A DNA stretch of 56,308 nucleotides, counting the filler, from Sphacelaria rigidula (lineage: Eukaryota): assembly GCA_964200075.2 (NCBI GenBank). It is 4 parts of 4 records of this genome, joined end to end, with 100 filler letters (N's around TTAATTAATTAA, not from the genome) between each part and the next. Parts side by side here need not be neighbours in the genome. Positions count along the whole stretch, not along the records: positions 1 to 14,003 come from CAXNAA020002520.1; positions 14,104 to 28,105 come from CAXNAA020002521.1; 2 more parts are not named here. One strand, written 5' to 3'. Both the position numbers and the translations under genes were made by a program. Each line of letters begins with the position of its first letter. Position 1 is the first letter of the stretch. Below the pieces are notes generated by a model that was not told where the DNA came from, did not search any database, and was given only the letters and a program-made list of their open reading frames with translations. Shown here in pieces: positions 13,901 through 26,347 of this stretch.

Positions 13901-14003
13901 GCAGAAAATATATCAAGGCACTTGTCGGCGATACATGTATACATATACGAGCTGGGCCAGCCTAGAGGCTGCATGAACGTTTGCAGGCGGATGCGCCGGC
14001 CAA

Positions 14004-14103
14004 NNNNNNNNNNNNNNNNNNNNNNNNNNNNNNNNNNNNNNNNNNNNTTAATTAATTAANNNNNNNNNNNNNNNNNNNNNNNNNNNNNNNNNNNNNNNNN
14101 NNN
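14004..14103. other. Assembly gap with artificial TTAATTAATTAA all-frame stop linker
   Basis: 44 N + TTAATTAATTAA + 44 N; identical structure at 28106-28205 and 42208-42307. Confidence 0.97.
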
Positions 14104-14771
14104 TCACTTAAAGCGAATGATCAAAGCCACTCTCAATCGCATCATCTACTCTCAATCTCACGAAAACACTGTTGTGGGTGGCGATGAGAAAACGGTATTG
14201 TATTCCTTTTGTCCTCCTCTTACTTCTATTTATTTCGTCTCATCTTCCCTCCATTTTATTTATCCGTTAATCTCTTCTTGTATATCTGTATTTGTATCTA
14301 TATCTTTCCCTCGCGCTCGCATCCTCACGTGAGTCAGTCAGTGTCTCTTGGTGTACTGCTTCCTTCGTCTAGGGGGTCAGTTGTTGTGCATCCTGACGTT
14401 TTTATTGTGCCGTCCGTGGAGTGTAGGCCGAGGTCAGTTCAGCATACATCTGTCGTGAACCGCTGTGGTGATGCTTATTCTTTCGTGTGGGATATGGAAC
14501 AAGTAAATGAGATCGTCGCAGTTACAGTATTACTCTAGTGCGTGCAGTCTTTTTTTATCTTGGCAGTTGTGTGCTGTGTGTCGTGATAGCCCCCTGGTGT
14601 ATCGCGAGTCTTTCACACGTCGAATACGTGCTGCGAACAGCTGACCCTCAGAATCGAAGATGGAGCTTTTCGTCGAGGATGATAACGCGGGAAATTAAAA
14701 CCTTTCTATCCACACCAATGCTTCGAATGGATGCGTTTCTTCACCTACTGGTGGCTTTTGACAACTACTGA

Positions 14772-14935
14772 ACGCCATACAAATTGGATCCCGATAACTA
14801 AAATTTGGGGTCCTAGGTGAAAAAATAATTATGGGACATATAGGCGGTCCAAATGGATGACCTCCGTTCCCCCGAATCGTTATTTCACCTCGGACCCCCA
14901 AATTTCCGTTATTGAACCCAATTTTTCAGGGCATG
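14772..14935. mobile_element. Fold-back MITE-like element of about 165 bp
   Basis: Left arm AAATTGGATCCCGATAACTAAAATTTGGGGTCCTAGGTGAAA is the imperfect reverse complement of right arm TTTCACCTCGGACCCCCAAATTTCCGTTATTGAACCCAATTT. Confidence 0.7.
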
Positions 14936-15398
14936 TAATGGTTGTCAATAGCTACCAGTAGGTGAAGGAATGCAACCATATTTCGAAGAAATGTTACGGA
15001 TACAAAGAGTTTGTTTTAGTGCTTTATCATCCTCAATGAAAATCTCCATACTCAATTCTGATGATCGGCTGTTCGCGGTAATTGATGGTTTGATTCCCAT
15101 ATGCGGTAGCAGTGAGGGGGCAACGCAGGGTACCGATCGTTCACCACACAAGATGGGAGACGGGCCGGTTGCATGGTATTTTGCACCGCTGGTCCGCCTC
15201 CCATTGACCCCCTGATTTGCGCCGTGTTTTGACGCAGAAATCCCCCGCCGTACATGGTACTCTGTGTTGCCACTACTTCATTGCCGTCCAAAAGTCCAGA
15301 AATCTTGGAAAATTGCTGAGTATCAGCCCCCAAGAACTCATGTCAGAACTCATTTTTATTTTTTCTCCATCCCTGTTTTTTTTTCTTGTTCAAATCAG

Positions 15399-15530
15399 GT
15401 AAACAAGTACGTGCACATTTACTTGGGTTGGTTCGCCTACGGCGCTGGGCTGATACAGTGCTACCGCGGAATTGAGCTGGTGTCGGGCGCCGATAAGCTG
15501 ATGTTTTCCGCAGTCGACATCGACTTTACG
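15399..15530 (+). CDS. b561-b5 fusion gene, first visible exon (VNKYVHIYLGWFAYGAGLIQCYRG...DIDFT): last His-containing helix of a cytochrome b561-like domain
   Basis: Polypyrimidine tract and CAG acceptor, GTAAAA donor, 132 nt, phase 0/0. H.YLG motif typical of a b561 heme-ligand helix. Confidence 0.75.
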
Positions 15531-17329
15531 GTAAAAAAATAACGGAGAAAAAGCGCACGTCGACTGTCTTTCTGCCCTCTCTTTTATTTTGTACATGCGT
15601 CATGTTCATGCACTGTAGGGATATATATTGTAGGGTACATTTGGTTTCACGTGCCCCCCTTTTCCGGCAGCAGTTCTTTACCTTTCCTATCATATAACCG
15701 GAGGGATGTCCTGTAACTGAAAACGCTGTGCTAGTTGCACCGCACCCCATCGTTTCATGTAATGACTGTGTGTGCGTGCGGGGCGGCGGGCGGGCGGGAG
15801 CGATGCGCTAAAACTTCGAGTAATGAAGCTGCTAGACTTGAATCGGATCTCCAAACTGAAGCGGTCCATCTGTCGACCCTTTGACCGCCCAGGTGGGTCG
15901 TCTTGGTGTCGTTCACACCCTGGATGATGACATTATATGGTCAATACTTGCAACAGACAAGAACATTTACTGGGTGAAGTATGGGCCTATTCAACAATTG
16001 TTGACCGGCAATAGTCGCAATAGGCCCATGCTTTACCCGGTACATTCTTGTCTGTTGCATCTATTGACCATATATCGTCCATGGTGCGGTGCTGTTACAG
16101 TTACGGTCATTTTTTTGGGTGAAAATGATGCCGATTTCACAGATGACCCACCCTCGCCGTCAAAAAGTCAGGATTATGTTGCGGTACTGGACTCCGGGCA
16201 AGGCTGGATGTATATTGTTCGTCAGAGATTGGTGAAAGTTGACCGCGGCACGGAAAAAAATGACTGATACAATATATGGTGGATGAAAACGAGTGAGGCG
16301 GCCTTGTGTCGGACTTACCTGCAGACCACCCCGTACCCCCCGCAGAAACGATGTGAGGGAATGTCGGCCCACCAAGCGAGTTCATCTAAGTGCGTTACAA
16401 TGGATCATCCCTGCAGTTGCAGCAGAGGCATCCATTCTGAGTAGCTTTTTTGACGTCTTATGCCAGCGTGTGTAACATTTGTACTACTGTAGGCCATAAA
16501 ACAGGGTGTACGTGTGTGTGTGGGGTGTGACGTCAGAACCGAGGGGGATACAGTACCCACCCTCTGTTGTTCACTGAAAAATTCGGAGCATCGGCTTTTC
16601 ACGTCTCGGGCTCACCTACATACGAACGTCACCAGTAACCGACACGTTGGCACGGTCACGTTCACAATAATAGCGCGACCTTGTCTTGAACCGTGCGGTA
16701 AGTAGTCTCGTACTGCCCTCCCCCCCCCCCTCCCCCCCGTGCCTTCTAACGCTCCGTCTCGAAAGGGATGCGTGGTCAATGGTGAAACGACTAAGGCAAG
16801 CAACGAATGAGTACGCCCCCCGTGCCTTCTGGTTTTATTCTGGAGTGAACCAACCTGTCTCCTTTCCGACAAGGCTCTGCTCTTGCAGCCAAGATTCACA
16901 CGGGAAATGGGAAGTTGTTCATCCCTCAGTGTATATACCGCAACTCTATGTCGTTCTGTTGGACTCTTTTCTGCTCCTTCGTTTTCTTGGTTTTCTTGGG
17001 TACGTCTATCACGCGACCACGGCTGGACCCATGGGTGGTCAGTTGAAGTGTGGCAATCAATTCAAATCAAATAAAAAACTCGTGGGTTAAATCTTGTGTT
17101 CGAAACAACTTCCTCATGTTCGAGCCGTTCGTCTCCTGATGTGATCCCATTGATCGTCGCACATTATGTGATTCCTGAGGTGTATCATGTACCCTGCTAA
17201 GCATGCACCGTATCCCCTCCCTCCTCCCCCTCCCTCGGTTCCTCGTCTCTTCCTTCCCCTCTCGCCCGCCGACAATGATAATTGCAATAACAACGATGCA
17301 TTTTTTAATTTTTTTTATCGACGGGACAG

Positions 17330-17431
17330 TTTGCGAACTTCGGCATCGTGAGGAGATACGTGTTTCCTGTCTGGCTGGGAATCATTCCCCCCATTTTCCT
17401 GTATCTGGAAGTACGCAAGCAGTATCGAAGG
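17330..17431 (+). CDS. b561-b5 fusion gene exon (FANFGIVRRYVFPVWLGIIPPIFLYLEVRKQYRR), transmembrane helix
   Basis: CAG acceptor, GTGAGT donor, 102 nt, phase 0/0. Hydrophobic helix followed by basic residues. Confidence 0.8.
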
Positions 17432-18422
17432 GTGAGTCGCCAAACAGCACTCACTCACGCACTGCTGTACTCGCTCGTACGCGTGAAGGTGGGGGTGGTG
17501 CCAAATATTTGTGTCACACGTTGAGAGCATCGGCCTTTTCATACCGATTGACCTTGAATGTGAGTTCACCGCCTTACGACGTGAATAGTTGGTTATCCAT
17601 AACTAGATTTATCGTCTGTGTCTGATATTATTGACACGTACGGCTTAGGTTCGTGTCCCGAAGGTTCTCTGCCCTTAGCTTCCTCCTTCCCCCACGCGCG
17701 CGCCCGCCGATCTGTACGTTGTTCAATACATGGCATTTTTCTTCAGCAGTATAATGTGAAGACGGTGTATATACATATTTTTTTTATGACTCTGATGCTA
17801 GCTGACGTGTGGCTTCTTCAATGCGCTGATATCGGCATACGGCAGCATGAACTTTTTATATAGAAAGCATAACGTGGTGTTATGGGGCAAGGAGGATAGA
17901 GGGTGGGGTGTGACTGCACTAGTTCACGTCTCAATATGTTCCTCCTGCATAGCCGTATATCTGTAGTCCCTCTCTGTGTTCATATATTTCTCTCTGTGTT
18001 TTTTCGTACCCGACTAGCAACAGTTGACTTGTGAATCAAAGAGCGAACTATGGTATCTGTTCTGTCGTTGATTGGTAGGGCCTTATCATTGCTCTTTTGG
18101 TAGACGATACCGTCATGCTCCATTATCCTACGTATGGGTCCCTCATATGTGCGTGCGCCTGCGAAAGGCACCGCGAAGAACAGTACACGACAGATAGGAC
18201 AAAACCAAAAGAAGCATCAATAATTCACAAAGTCCGAAAGATGTGTTGAACGATGAGCCGAGATAAATACCCGCAAGTTAGCTTTTGCAATACTGCACGA
18301 GTAAGGGGTGATTTTTTTGTACATCCGTTTCTCCTCTTTTTTTTTTCACAATTATACGAGCAAAACGCGTGAATGTACATTCATATGTGTGTACATGGCG
18401 TTTATACGTATGACGATGTCAG

Positions 18423-18572
18423 TTCTTTGCCAAGGGAAGCGCCAATCTCTGCGGCTTGGTGGAGGTGGTCAACCAGGAATTTTCGGACGAGGCCATTAAG
18501 GAAGTGATCGACGACCGACTTATTCCGCGAACGGATCTTCCCATATACACCACGGAAGAATTCAATGAAAAG
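18423..18572 (+). CDS. b561-b5 fusion gene exon (FFAKGSAN...DLPIYTTEEFNEK), linker and start of the cytochrome b5 domain
   Basis: CAG acceptor, GTGACA donor, 150 nt, phase 0/0. LPIYT.EE is the typical b5 domain start. Confidence 0.82.
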
Positions 18573-19891
18573 GTGACAGCAAGGGTTTGACTCTGATTGA
18601 TGGTCCAATATTTACTGCGTGGTACATACTGTGTATACCGCTCGTGCGTGGTAGTACACCACCCCCTGAACAAAAACCTACTCCGGATGGTGAGGTTACG
18701 GCTATTTTGTTATACTATACTAGTGCTCTGTCGTTGGTGTACCAGGGCACATTGTATATTACCTGTACCCGTTCAAGAGCATATCCGGGCGATAAGTTCA
18801 TGGGAGTCCCGAAAATCAATCATTCCCCGGGATTTTTATTAGCCATACTCTACGGTGGCCTATCGTAGACGTCTGTCTGCCTGTGCAGATGAAGTCCGTG
18901 CAAGGTGTGTCAAGAAAAACCCAGGGTTATGATCATAGAAACCCCCTGGGATCGTGTTTCGAAATCCATTTTCATGAAGCATACAGCGATGTCGCTCATG
19001 GCACCGGTAGCTCTATCGTTGATCGAGGCCCAGTCGAGATCTGCCGTGAGATTATCTCCTCCTCCAGCGCAGACCCCGGCTGCTCGGCAAATTTGAGCAT
19101 AGAGCACGATATTAAGGTGTGCGATAACCGGGGGTTACAGCGGTACTTTTCTCGTGCGCGCGGGGGGGTGTGGTGATCACGTTTTCCACGGCGTTTTGAT
19201 GCGCGTCCTGGTGCGCCGATACGTGGATGAAGACGCGAGACGCATAATATCTACGCTCTGGGAGATGACCTACTCTATCAGAGGTTTGTTTTTGCCACAC
19301 ACTTGCCGGCTGTACTTTTAGTTTTCCCCCGAGGATCAGACGCCACCCATCGACCCTCGGTCTAACGCTGAAAATGTGGGAAGCGAACACGATATGGTAT
19401 CGTTGGTCATTTGGGGCGGTGCTTCAATACAAGCAAGAGTTGCTTAGTTGCGACATCGGGTTCACCCGGCGGTGCGTCGGGGATACCGCTGTTGAAGGTC
19501 AGCCGGCGAGAAAGCCTCGGAAGGAGGCCTGGCGTCCAAGTGGCTAATAGTAGAGAGTTTCGGGGAACGCTTTTTCTTGTCATTTTGGAGTGAAATAATC
19601 CCAGGATCAGGGTGCAGAATTAAAAAAAAGAACTCACCGAAAAAAGGTATCAAACGACTGCACGGTGCGCAATCTCTTCCCCTCCTTCCCGCTCCCTCTA
19701 CATTTACACGTCCAATGTAGAAATCCCCCAGTCTTCATATGGAATCGAGTTCCGGTCGTGATTTTGCCGCCCTCGCGCGATTGTTTTTTGGTTTGTAAAG
19801 TGCAACTGCTGGAAATATGCACGCACATGACCACGACAGTGTGGTTGTTCTCTGAAAGAACAGAAGAACCACACAATAATAGTAATGGTTT

Positions 19892-19935
<44 letters not shown>

Positions 19936-19992
19936 ATGTTTTTCTCCTTTTCATTCCGCCTGATTTTCTATTTGTTCTGCAATGGGTTGAAG

Positions 19993-20184
19993 ATTTTGAA
20001 TGGTCGTTCTTGGATTATCGTGGACGGGGCCGTGCTGGATGTGTCCACGTTCGCCAAACGACACCCGGGTGGCGCACGGCTCATCCTCAATGCCATGGGA
20101 ACCGACGTGACTTCGGAGATTGTGGGCGAGGAGGCTTCTATCGGAAACTCTAACATGGCCTTCTTCCCGCATCGGCACACAGAC
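19993..20184 (+). CDS. b561-b5 fusion gene exon, cytochrome b5 heme-binding core (WIIVDGAVLDVSTFAKRHPGG...GTDVT...HRHTD)
   Basis: Canonical W.I.DG.V.DV..F...HPGG...I....G.D.T motif. AAG acceptor, GTGAGT donor, 192 nt. Confidence 0.9.
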
Positions 20185-20220
20185 GTGAGTGTTTCTATGA
20201 TACATGGATGTCTTTGGAGG

Positions 20221-20232
20221 GGCGGCGGGGAT

Positions 20233-20289
<57 letters not shown>

Positions 20290-20310
20290 GGGGGAGATTG
20301 AGGAGGGGGC
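20221..20310. repeat. Long poly-G tract in an intron
   Basis: About 55 consecutive G plus flanking G-rich sequence. Similar G/C runs occur at 24226-24370, 24628-24670, 28036-28058, 28260-28281 and 42106-42146. Confidence 0.85.
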
Positions 20311-21617
20311 GGTGAAGCGGTAAGTACAGCTGGGCATCACAGCTTGAAAATTTAACTGTCGTAGCAAGGGATGGTATACAGAGAAAAACTGCACCACACC
20401 CAACATTTTTTGCTTGAACCTGCATTTTCCGGGAAGGAGGGGAGGTACTCTGAATTCTAGTAATTAGGATACCGGGCCTAGTTTGATCTCCGGAGCTTGG
20501 TTGGTTCGTGTCTTGAGAATATGTTTCTGGACTGGGAGCAAGGACGTGCACTGTTTTCCAGATATCGGTACGAATTGACCGCGAGTCAAAACGATTGAAT
20601 TGATGTGGTGATTGAAAAAAAAAACGATGAGACGACCAAGTTTCAAAGTGGCCTACTCGTGGGGACCGAGCCGCATTATGAGGTGTTGAAGAGTAGGAGG
20701 ACTATCGATTTACCTGGTCGGTTAGTTGTTCATGTACGAATTATGTGGGATCGCTCTTCTATAGCGTATTCAGTGTCATTCGGGGAACTTCTCTGTACTG
20801 GTGTTATGTGTGTGTTCTCGACCAGTGTGCCAATTGTATCTATATGGGCCAACATGAGGGGGGAATGGGGAGTGTCGTGCGGGAACTGAGAGATGCGCAA
20901 CCCATTCGCCAGATGGTGATCCTTTTTTTTGTTCGTGTTGGGTCGTGGGTTGTGTGTATAGGTTTTGTTCCGGTGTATGTTTTTGGGGAAGCAGTACTCG
21001 TATATATTCCCGATGCGTCCCGTTGGTCTCACTGGTGCACCAACGGCCAGTTAAGGCAACTTGTTGCAGATTGGAATGCCGGCAGGGGGAGGGAGGCTTC
21101 TTGAGCAGAGTATTGGCGTTGGTGTAAGGTGCAGGCACACTGGGGCCCGAAAAAGTGACCTCGGCTGCTCACTCCTAGAGCTCTACACAAGATTGAAAAA
21201 TTGAAAGCGAATGTAGAGCTGCTGTTGCGCGCGAAATATGCTGTTTTGTTTCTGAACTGAAAAAATGTGACCATGCGAGTAATTCTTGAGAAGGTAGTAT
21301 TGTAACATGGTGACGCACATGTTTCGATTGTATCTGCTGTTACACGTGATGTTTGTTTACGGAAGTCATGAGGTTTGCACTGCCCATCACACGCAATTTC
21401 TCTCTTTCTGTCTCTGTCTGACTCTCCATGTCTGCCCCTGTTTCTGCCCCCGCCCACTATTGCTGCCTTTTTGGTCTCTCGCTATCGCTTCAAACGTTTC
21501 CCCCCCCCATCCTCCGAAAAATAACATCAATGAAATTTACGACACGATTAACCGAAAAATCAACGGCGGCGGCACGAACAAAAACACACATACACGCACA
21601 AACGTACACACACAAAG

Positions 21618-21818
21618 ACCGCTCTGGAGATTGCTCGCAGCCTGGTAATTGGCTACATCGAAGAGGAAGACGACATCGACCCTGACGAGTGCACTGGCGT
21701 CAGCCACAGTGATTACAGCAATGACGTTGCGAGCGGGGGTGATATCGGCAGCAGCACCGCGGTGGGCAATGAGACTAGTGAGGATTCCTCCGGGGCGTTC
21801 TCCTATCGAAACGGTTAT
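21618..21818 (+). CDS. b561-b5 fusion gene exon (TALEIARSLVIGYIEEEDD...RNGY), end of the b5 domain and start of an acidic tail
   Basis: AAG acceptor, GTAAGT donor, 201 nt, phase 0/0. Completes the b5 pattern H...A......IG.I. Confidence 0.85.
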
Positions 21819-22931
21819 GTAAGTTTGTCGCTGTGGTGCCATGTTTGTTGGGGAGACGAGAAGGTGGTGTGCGTTTTGAGTGTGGTTTAGTTTTGTTGCC
21901 AAGACACCTCTCGTGTGGTGGATTGGTAGTTGTTGATGGGAATAAAAAAGAAAAATACTCGCCCTCCTGTGTTGTGTTGTCGTAAGGTTATAGATTTACT
22001 AAGGTAAAGGTGAAAAAAAATGTTGTCGTTGACAACCCTTATTTTCAGCTTTTTCGAAGCATGTGAATTGGATTCCCCCTCTCCCCCCGAGGTCGATGGC
22101 CTTATGACTACGGCATGCAGAATCATGAGTGCAACCCCCCCCTTCTCCCCCCCGCCCACCCTGGCTCGCGGGCCCCTTATAAGCTCGTCCTATACTGGTC
22201 GAGTACATGGCCGAAGGCATAGGCCTGAGCGATTGAGTGATTGAATGTACCATAGGGTGTGTAAACTTAAGGTATACCGACATGGGTGATTACGGTCGAG
22301 TGCAAAGACTTTCGCCAGGGTCAGAGTCGTTTCGTCTCTCCTCCTACCGGTCACTTCTTCGGAACACGGCGGTCCTTTGCTATCCTGCTCTGTGCTCTTT
22401 GTATTCTGCTTGTTTCCCTGAAAAAATACCGTGGTTCATTGTATTTTGCAGCGCTTTTCACACACGCACACACACGCGCGCGCGCACAAACACACACACA
22501 CACACATACACACCACCGCGGGCCGGTGGTCTGAATTGAAATCGTTCACCGAAATTGCCACGGAGGGCGGACGGTTACGCGTTCGAATACCGAAAGATAC
22601 GACCTTTGAAAGCAAACTTTGGCTGTCACCGTTGGAGGGGCGAGGACGCTGGTAGAAGGGAAATCCGACAATGCTCGAAGAGGCGCGAGAGTGCTGATGG
22701 CCATGATCCAGTCCTCGATAAAAAAAAGAAGTGTAAAGCAGGTAGCGAGCGAGGTAAATTTAGGGTGATTGATCTCTTGAAAGCACGCGCTAGGCCCGAG
22801 GTAGGGATGGACTTAGCGTGAGCATTACAAGGATGGCGACAGAGCAAGAACAGCACATGCACGCACGCACGCACACAACTAGATTATGACAGGGTGCGCA
22901 CATACACACACGCACATATACGCACACACAG

Positions 22932-23137
22932 GCGGCAGCGAGAAGGCGATCACTGGCCCGAGGTCAAACTGGCTCCGTCAGCTTTGGAGGATTCGGAGGG
23001 GGCCGCCTGGCTTCGTTTTGTAGTGATGATGATAACAGTAGCGACCTCAATCTCCGCGCAAACGCCGGCCGACCGGTGTCCCTTGACGCCCGCACAGGAG
23101 CAGAGGCGCGCAGAAAATTATTCACTGTGCGGAGGAG
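22932..23137 (+). CDS. b561-b5 fusion gene exon, disordered tail (AAARRRSLARG...RKLFTVRR)
   Basis: CAG acceptor, open in phase 0, GTGAGT donor in phase 2. Confidence 0.65.
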
Positions 23138-24626
23138 GTGAGTGAGGGTCAGGATGGGCGAGCGTTTTTGCACATGTATATGTATATGTATATATATATA
23201 TACGGTTCTTCCTTTTGTCCGTCTAGATGGTCCAAGGAACGGGGGAGTGCTATGACCATGAGCGGAAGGAATCCTGTGTTCGCCTTTGAGGCGTTATTGG
23301 TCTGTTTTCGTTTTTGCGTCCCGACGTTGTGGAAATGAAAAGAAGCCGACGGGGTGTTCCGGGCGATGGATACATGGCAAACTCGAATCACTGCATCAAA
23401 AATGGCTGTGGTATCGCGCAGCTGAATCGCATCGATCGTTCGGAAAAGACTGACAGAACAGTACTAACTATATATCCACCCTTCCTAGACGAAGCCCAAC
23501 CCTAAATGAAGTTAAAAACACCTCCTTTTTTGCTCGTTCAGACGTTTTTGTTGTCAGCCTTACTTACCCAGAAGCCAAAAGCCCTTGATCCCTGCGAGAT
23601 CATTCCCAACTTGACGTACGCGAAACTGTTCGGTGAAGGGCGGAGAGCCAGCAAAGAATTCTTTTGGCAATACAAAAGTGGGGGCAAAAATCACCCATGT
23701 TCCAAGTATATACAGTATCTATCTATGCCTATCCTTGTTCCGTCCTCTCATCGACAAGCTTCGAAACTCATTTTTTGAACGAGAATTTTATGACAAGGTT
23801 TTTCGCTACAGACGGCACCTAGTACGGTCCAACTGGTACCAACACGTTTCTATGCCCGAGACGCTGGGAACGGCCGGACGTTCGGAGCCATGCCATTCTG
23901 GTCGTAAATATAAGATGCATTTGATTGTGCGGAGTACGACTAAAGCTGCTTTCAAGCCTTGGCCGCCGATACCACCGTGTCACGCGTGTGTCATTTTGCT
24001 ACTGCGAGTTGGAACTATTGCCTACAGGTTTGTTCGGGCGGAGCTTGAGTTGTCGGCGAAAGGATGATGATGGTATGAAAAGTTAATACGAAGTAATTAT
24101 TTTTTTTGCCTCCGTGGTATGCGATGCTGTGGCTCTTTGACGAACAAAGCAAAAGGGGCCCGGGAGTTCATCAACATAAAATCATGATGAAGAATTATAT
24201 GTCATGCAAGGCCCAAACACTATGATCCCCCCCCCCCCCCCCCCCCCCCCCCCAACCACCCCCCAAAACCATCACCCCCACACCCCCCCCCCTATACTTT
24301 CNNNNNNNNNNTGGAATAGAGTTGTTGCCCGCAGGGCCCCACGCCATGGTCCCCCCCCCCCCCCCCCCCACCCCTTGTACCGCCAAAAATGATTCTGCGC
24401 TGGTTTCTCAGGCCTTGTTTGTCTGACTGTGTGTGAACGTTGTTCCTCTGTACTTTTTATGTGTCCCGTATCATACTTAACACGTCAAAAATGTGCTCAC
24501 TCAATGTGGTGATTAATGGGTGAGTTTCCTGGGTCTTACTATATGTGCCTTTGTTGCGGTCAGTCTGAACAAGTTCGGTTGAGCGATGCTTATCGCTGTA
24601 ATGTTGTTTGGCACTTGCTCTACTGG

Positions 24627-24671
<45 letters not shown>

Positions 24672-25029
24672 CACCCACCCCACCCGCGGGCACCAGGCAG
24701 AAGCAAAACACAACAAAAAAACAACANNNNNNNNNNTTTTTTTGGGGCCGGCTGAAAAAGTTCGGTTGGGGGCTGGTTATTGGTGTTTTGTTGTTTGGGA
24801 CTTGCCTCTGTCGCCCCCCCCCCCCCCCCCCCCCTTGAAAAAACTCTCGCGATTGAAGACAAGCGGCTTGAAAACGTAGAACACAAACAACATTGAAACA
24901 GAACAATGTACACCCATGGGGAGATGGAGAGAGGAGGTTGTGGTGCGGGATAGCGTGTGGTGGAGGCGATAGGGGAGCATCCAACACTGTTTATGCCAAG
25001 CAGTTCAGCCCGCAAAAATAGGGATTCGT

Positions 25030-26090
25030 GCCGTACTTGATGTCCACGACAACTCGATGTTGAAATGTATTCGGCTGTTCGTCGTTCGTGCATCTAAGGT
25101 GACTTGACGCCTGAGCATCCGGCCGTGATGCTTGAGACGTGTACAATCTTCACACATTTCGGCATCTTGTCCCTGATATGTGTCATGTAGCTCATTGAGC
25201 ACGTCCAATCTGTTATTCCTGTAGCGAAGGTCGTCGTTCTCTGAAGTGCACCATAACTGTTGTCTGCATAATAGAGCGGGCGAGATCTGTGCCTTGATGT
25301 CGAATGATACTAATATCACAATCAATAGTACCGTTACTATACTCGAACAGCCCACAGGGGGGGGTCATGAGTTCGCCTCGGAGCACCATGGTAGCGAGGA
25401 CAGCTCGGCGTGATTCACTTAACCGGGCCAGGATGAGGAGCACACAGCATAATCAGGCGAAGCAGAAGTCCAACCTATTTTCAAAATGGCCGTGGTCCAC
25501 GTCATCAATATCTTGTAATCTAGGCTCTAAGTATCGTCAGGCGAAGCAGAAGTCCAACCTATTTTCAAAATGGCCGTGGTCCACGTCATCAATATCTTGT
25601 AATCTAGGCTCTAAGTATCGGTGCACGATGATGTCGGTACGAGTGCCATTTGTTGGAGGGCCAATCGTTTAGCCACGAGTTGATTCAATCAATAACGCGT
25701 CCTCCTTATGTCATGTTTGGATACCGACCCTTCCACTCCCCGGCGCCCCCTTTGGGGTTGGCATCGGCCAGCAATGGCGCTGTTAAAACACCCCACTCAC
25801 TGCGTACGCTACTAGGCAACCAGGTTACCGGTTTTTTTTTGCGGTCACCATGATGGTGGTCGAGCCAGATCATATTGTGCGGGGTGTGAGAACCTCAATT
25901 CCGCGTAATGGGAAGAATCATACTACGTAAAGTTAGCCTTTAAATGATGAGACACCCATGGGGTAGTGTGAAACCCGTGGCTGTCTCTGAAAGTGGCGAT
26001 ACCAGCAAATGAAGCAACGCATTGTAGCTTGTGATCCAAAATGAAAGATGACCGGTACGCTCCGGGACGATTCGTCTTTGCAGGATCAAC
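25030..26090 (-). mobile_element. Degenerate Ty3/gypsy pol fragment (RT end, RNase H, integrase zinc finger) inside an intron
   Basis: In minus-strand order: SFWITSYNALLHLLVSPL (compare FLG..NYY..F......PL), HRYLEPRLQDIDDVDH (compare WRHYL.G..F.I.TDH), LNELHD...CEDCTRLK (HHCC remnant). Confidence 0.5.
25453..25620. repeat. Perfect tandem duplication, 2 x 84 bp
   Basis: TCAGGCGAAGCAGAAG...CTCTAAGTATCG is repeated exactly at 25453 and 25537. Confidence 0.95.
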
Positions 26091-26094
26091 TCAC

Positions 26095-26260
26095 CCTTCA
26101 TGCGACTCGCCGGGCATATCACGGCCCTACATCACGGCCCTTCGCGCTCGGTGATTGATCGCGAACCTGGTCCGGCGAAAACCTGGCGTGCTCCGTCAGA
26201 CTTTGTATGGATGCGAGGTCAATGGCTATATGACTACGGCATGCAAGACCATGAGTACAC
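26095..26260 (+). repeat. Interspersed repeat family A copy
   Basis: Aligns with 5-150. Confidence 0.75.
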
Positions 26261-26347
26261 CCCGCCCTACCCGGCGCCTCCCCGGCGTTCACGTATGCTG
26301 AACCCGTCTTGTGTGTCATTGTCTGCAACATTCGGCTGAACGTTCAG

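Noticed and set aside
14048..14059. TTAATTAATTAA motif recurring three times
   Set aside because: Always centred in 44+44 N; an artificial scaffolding linker.
22555..22821. Possible extra exon of the b561-b5 gene
   Set aside because: No convincing acceptor, and the flanking exons already join in phase without it. It cannot be excluded without RNA data.
24195..25093. Poly-Pro and poly-Gly ORFs
   Set aside because: Homopolymer C/G runs and N gaps in low-quality sequence.
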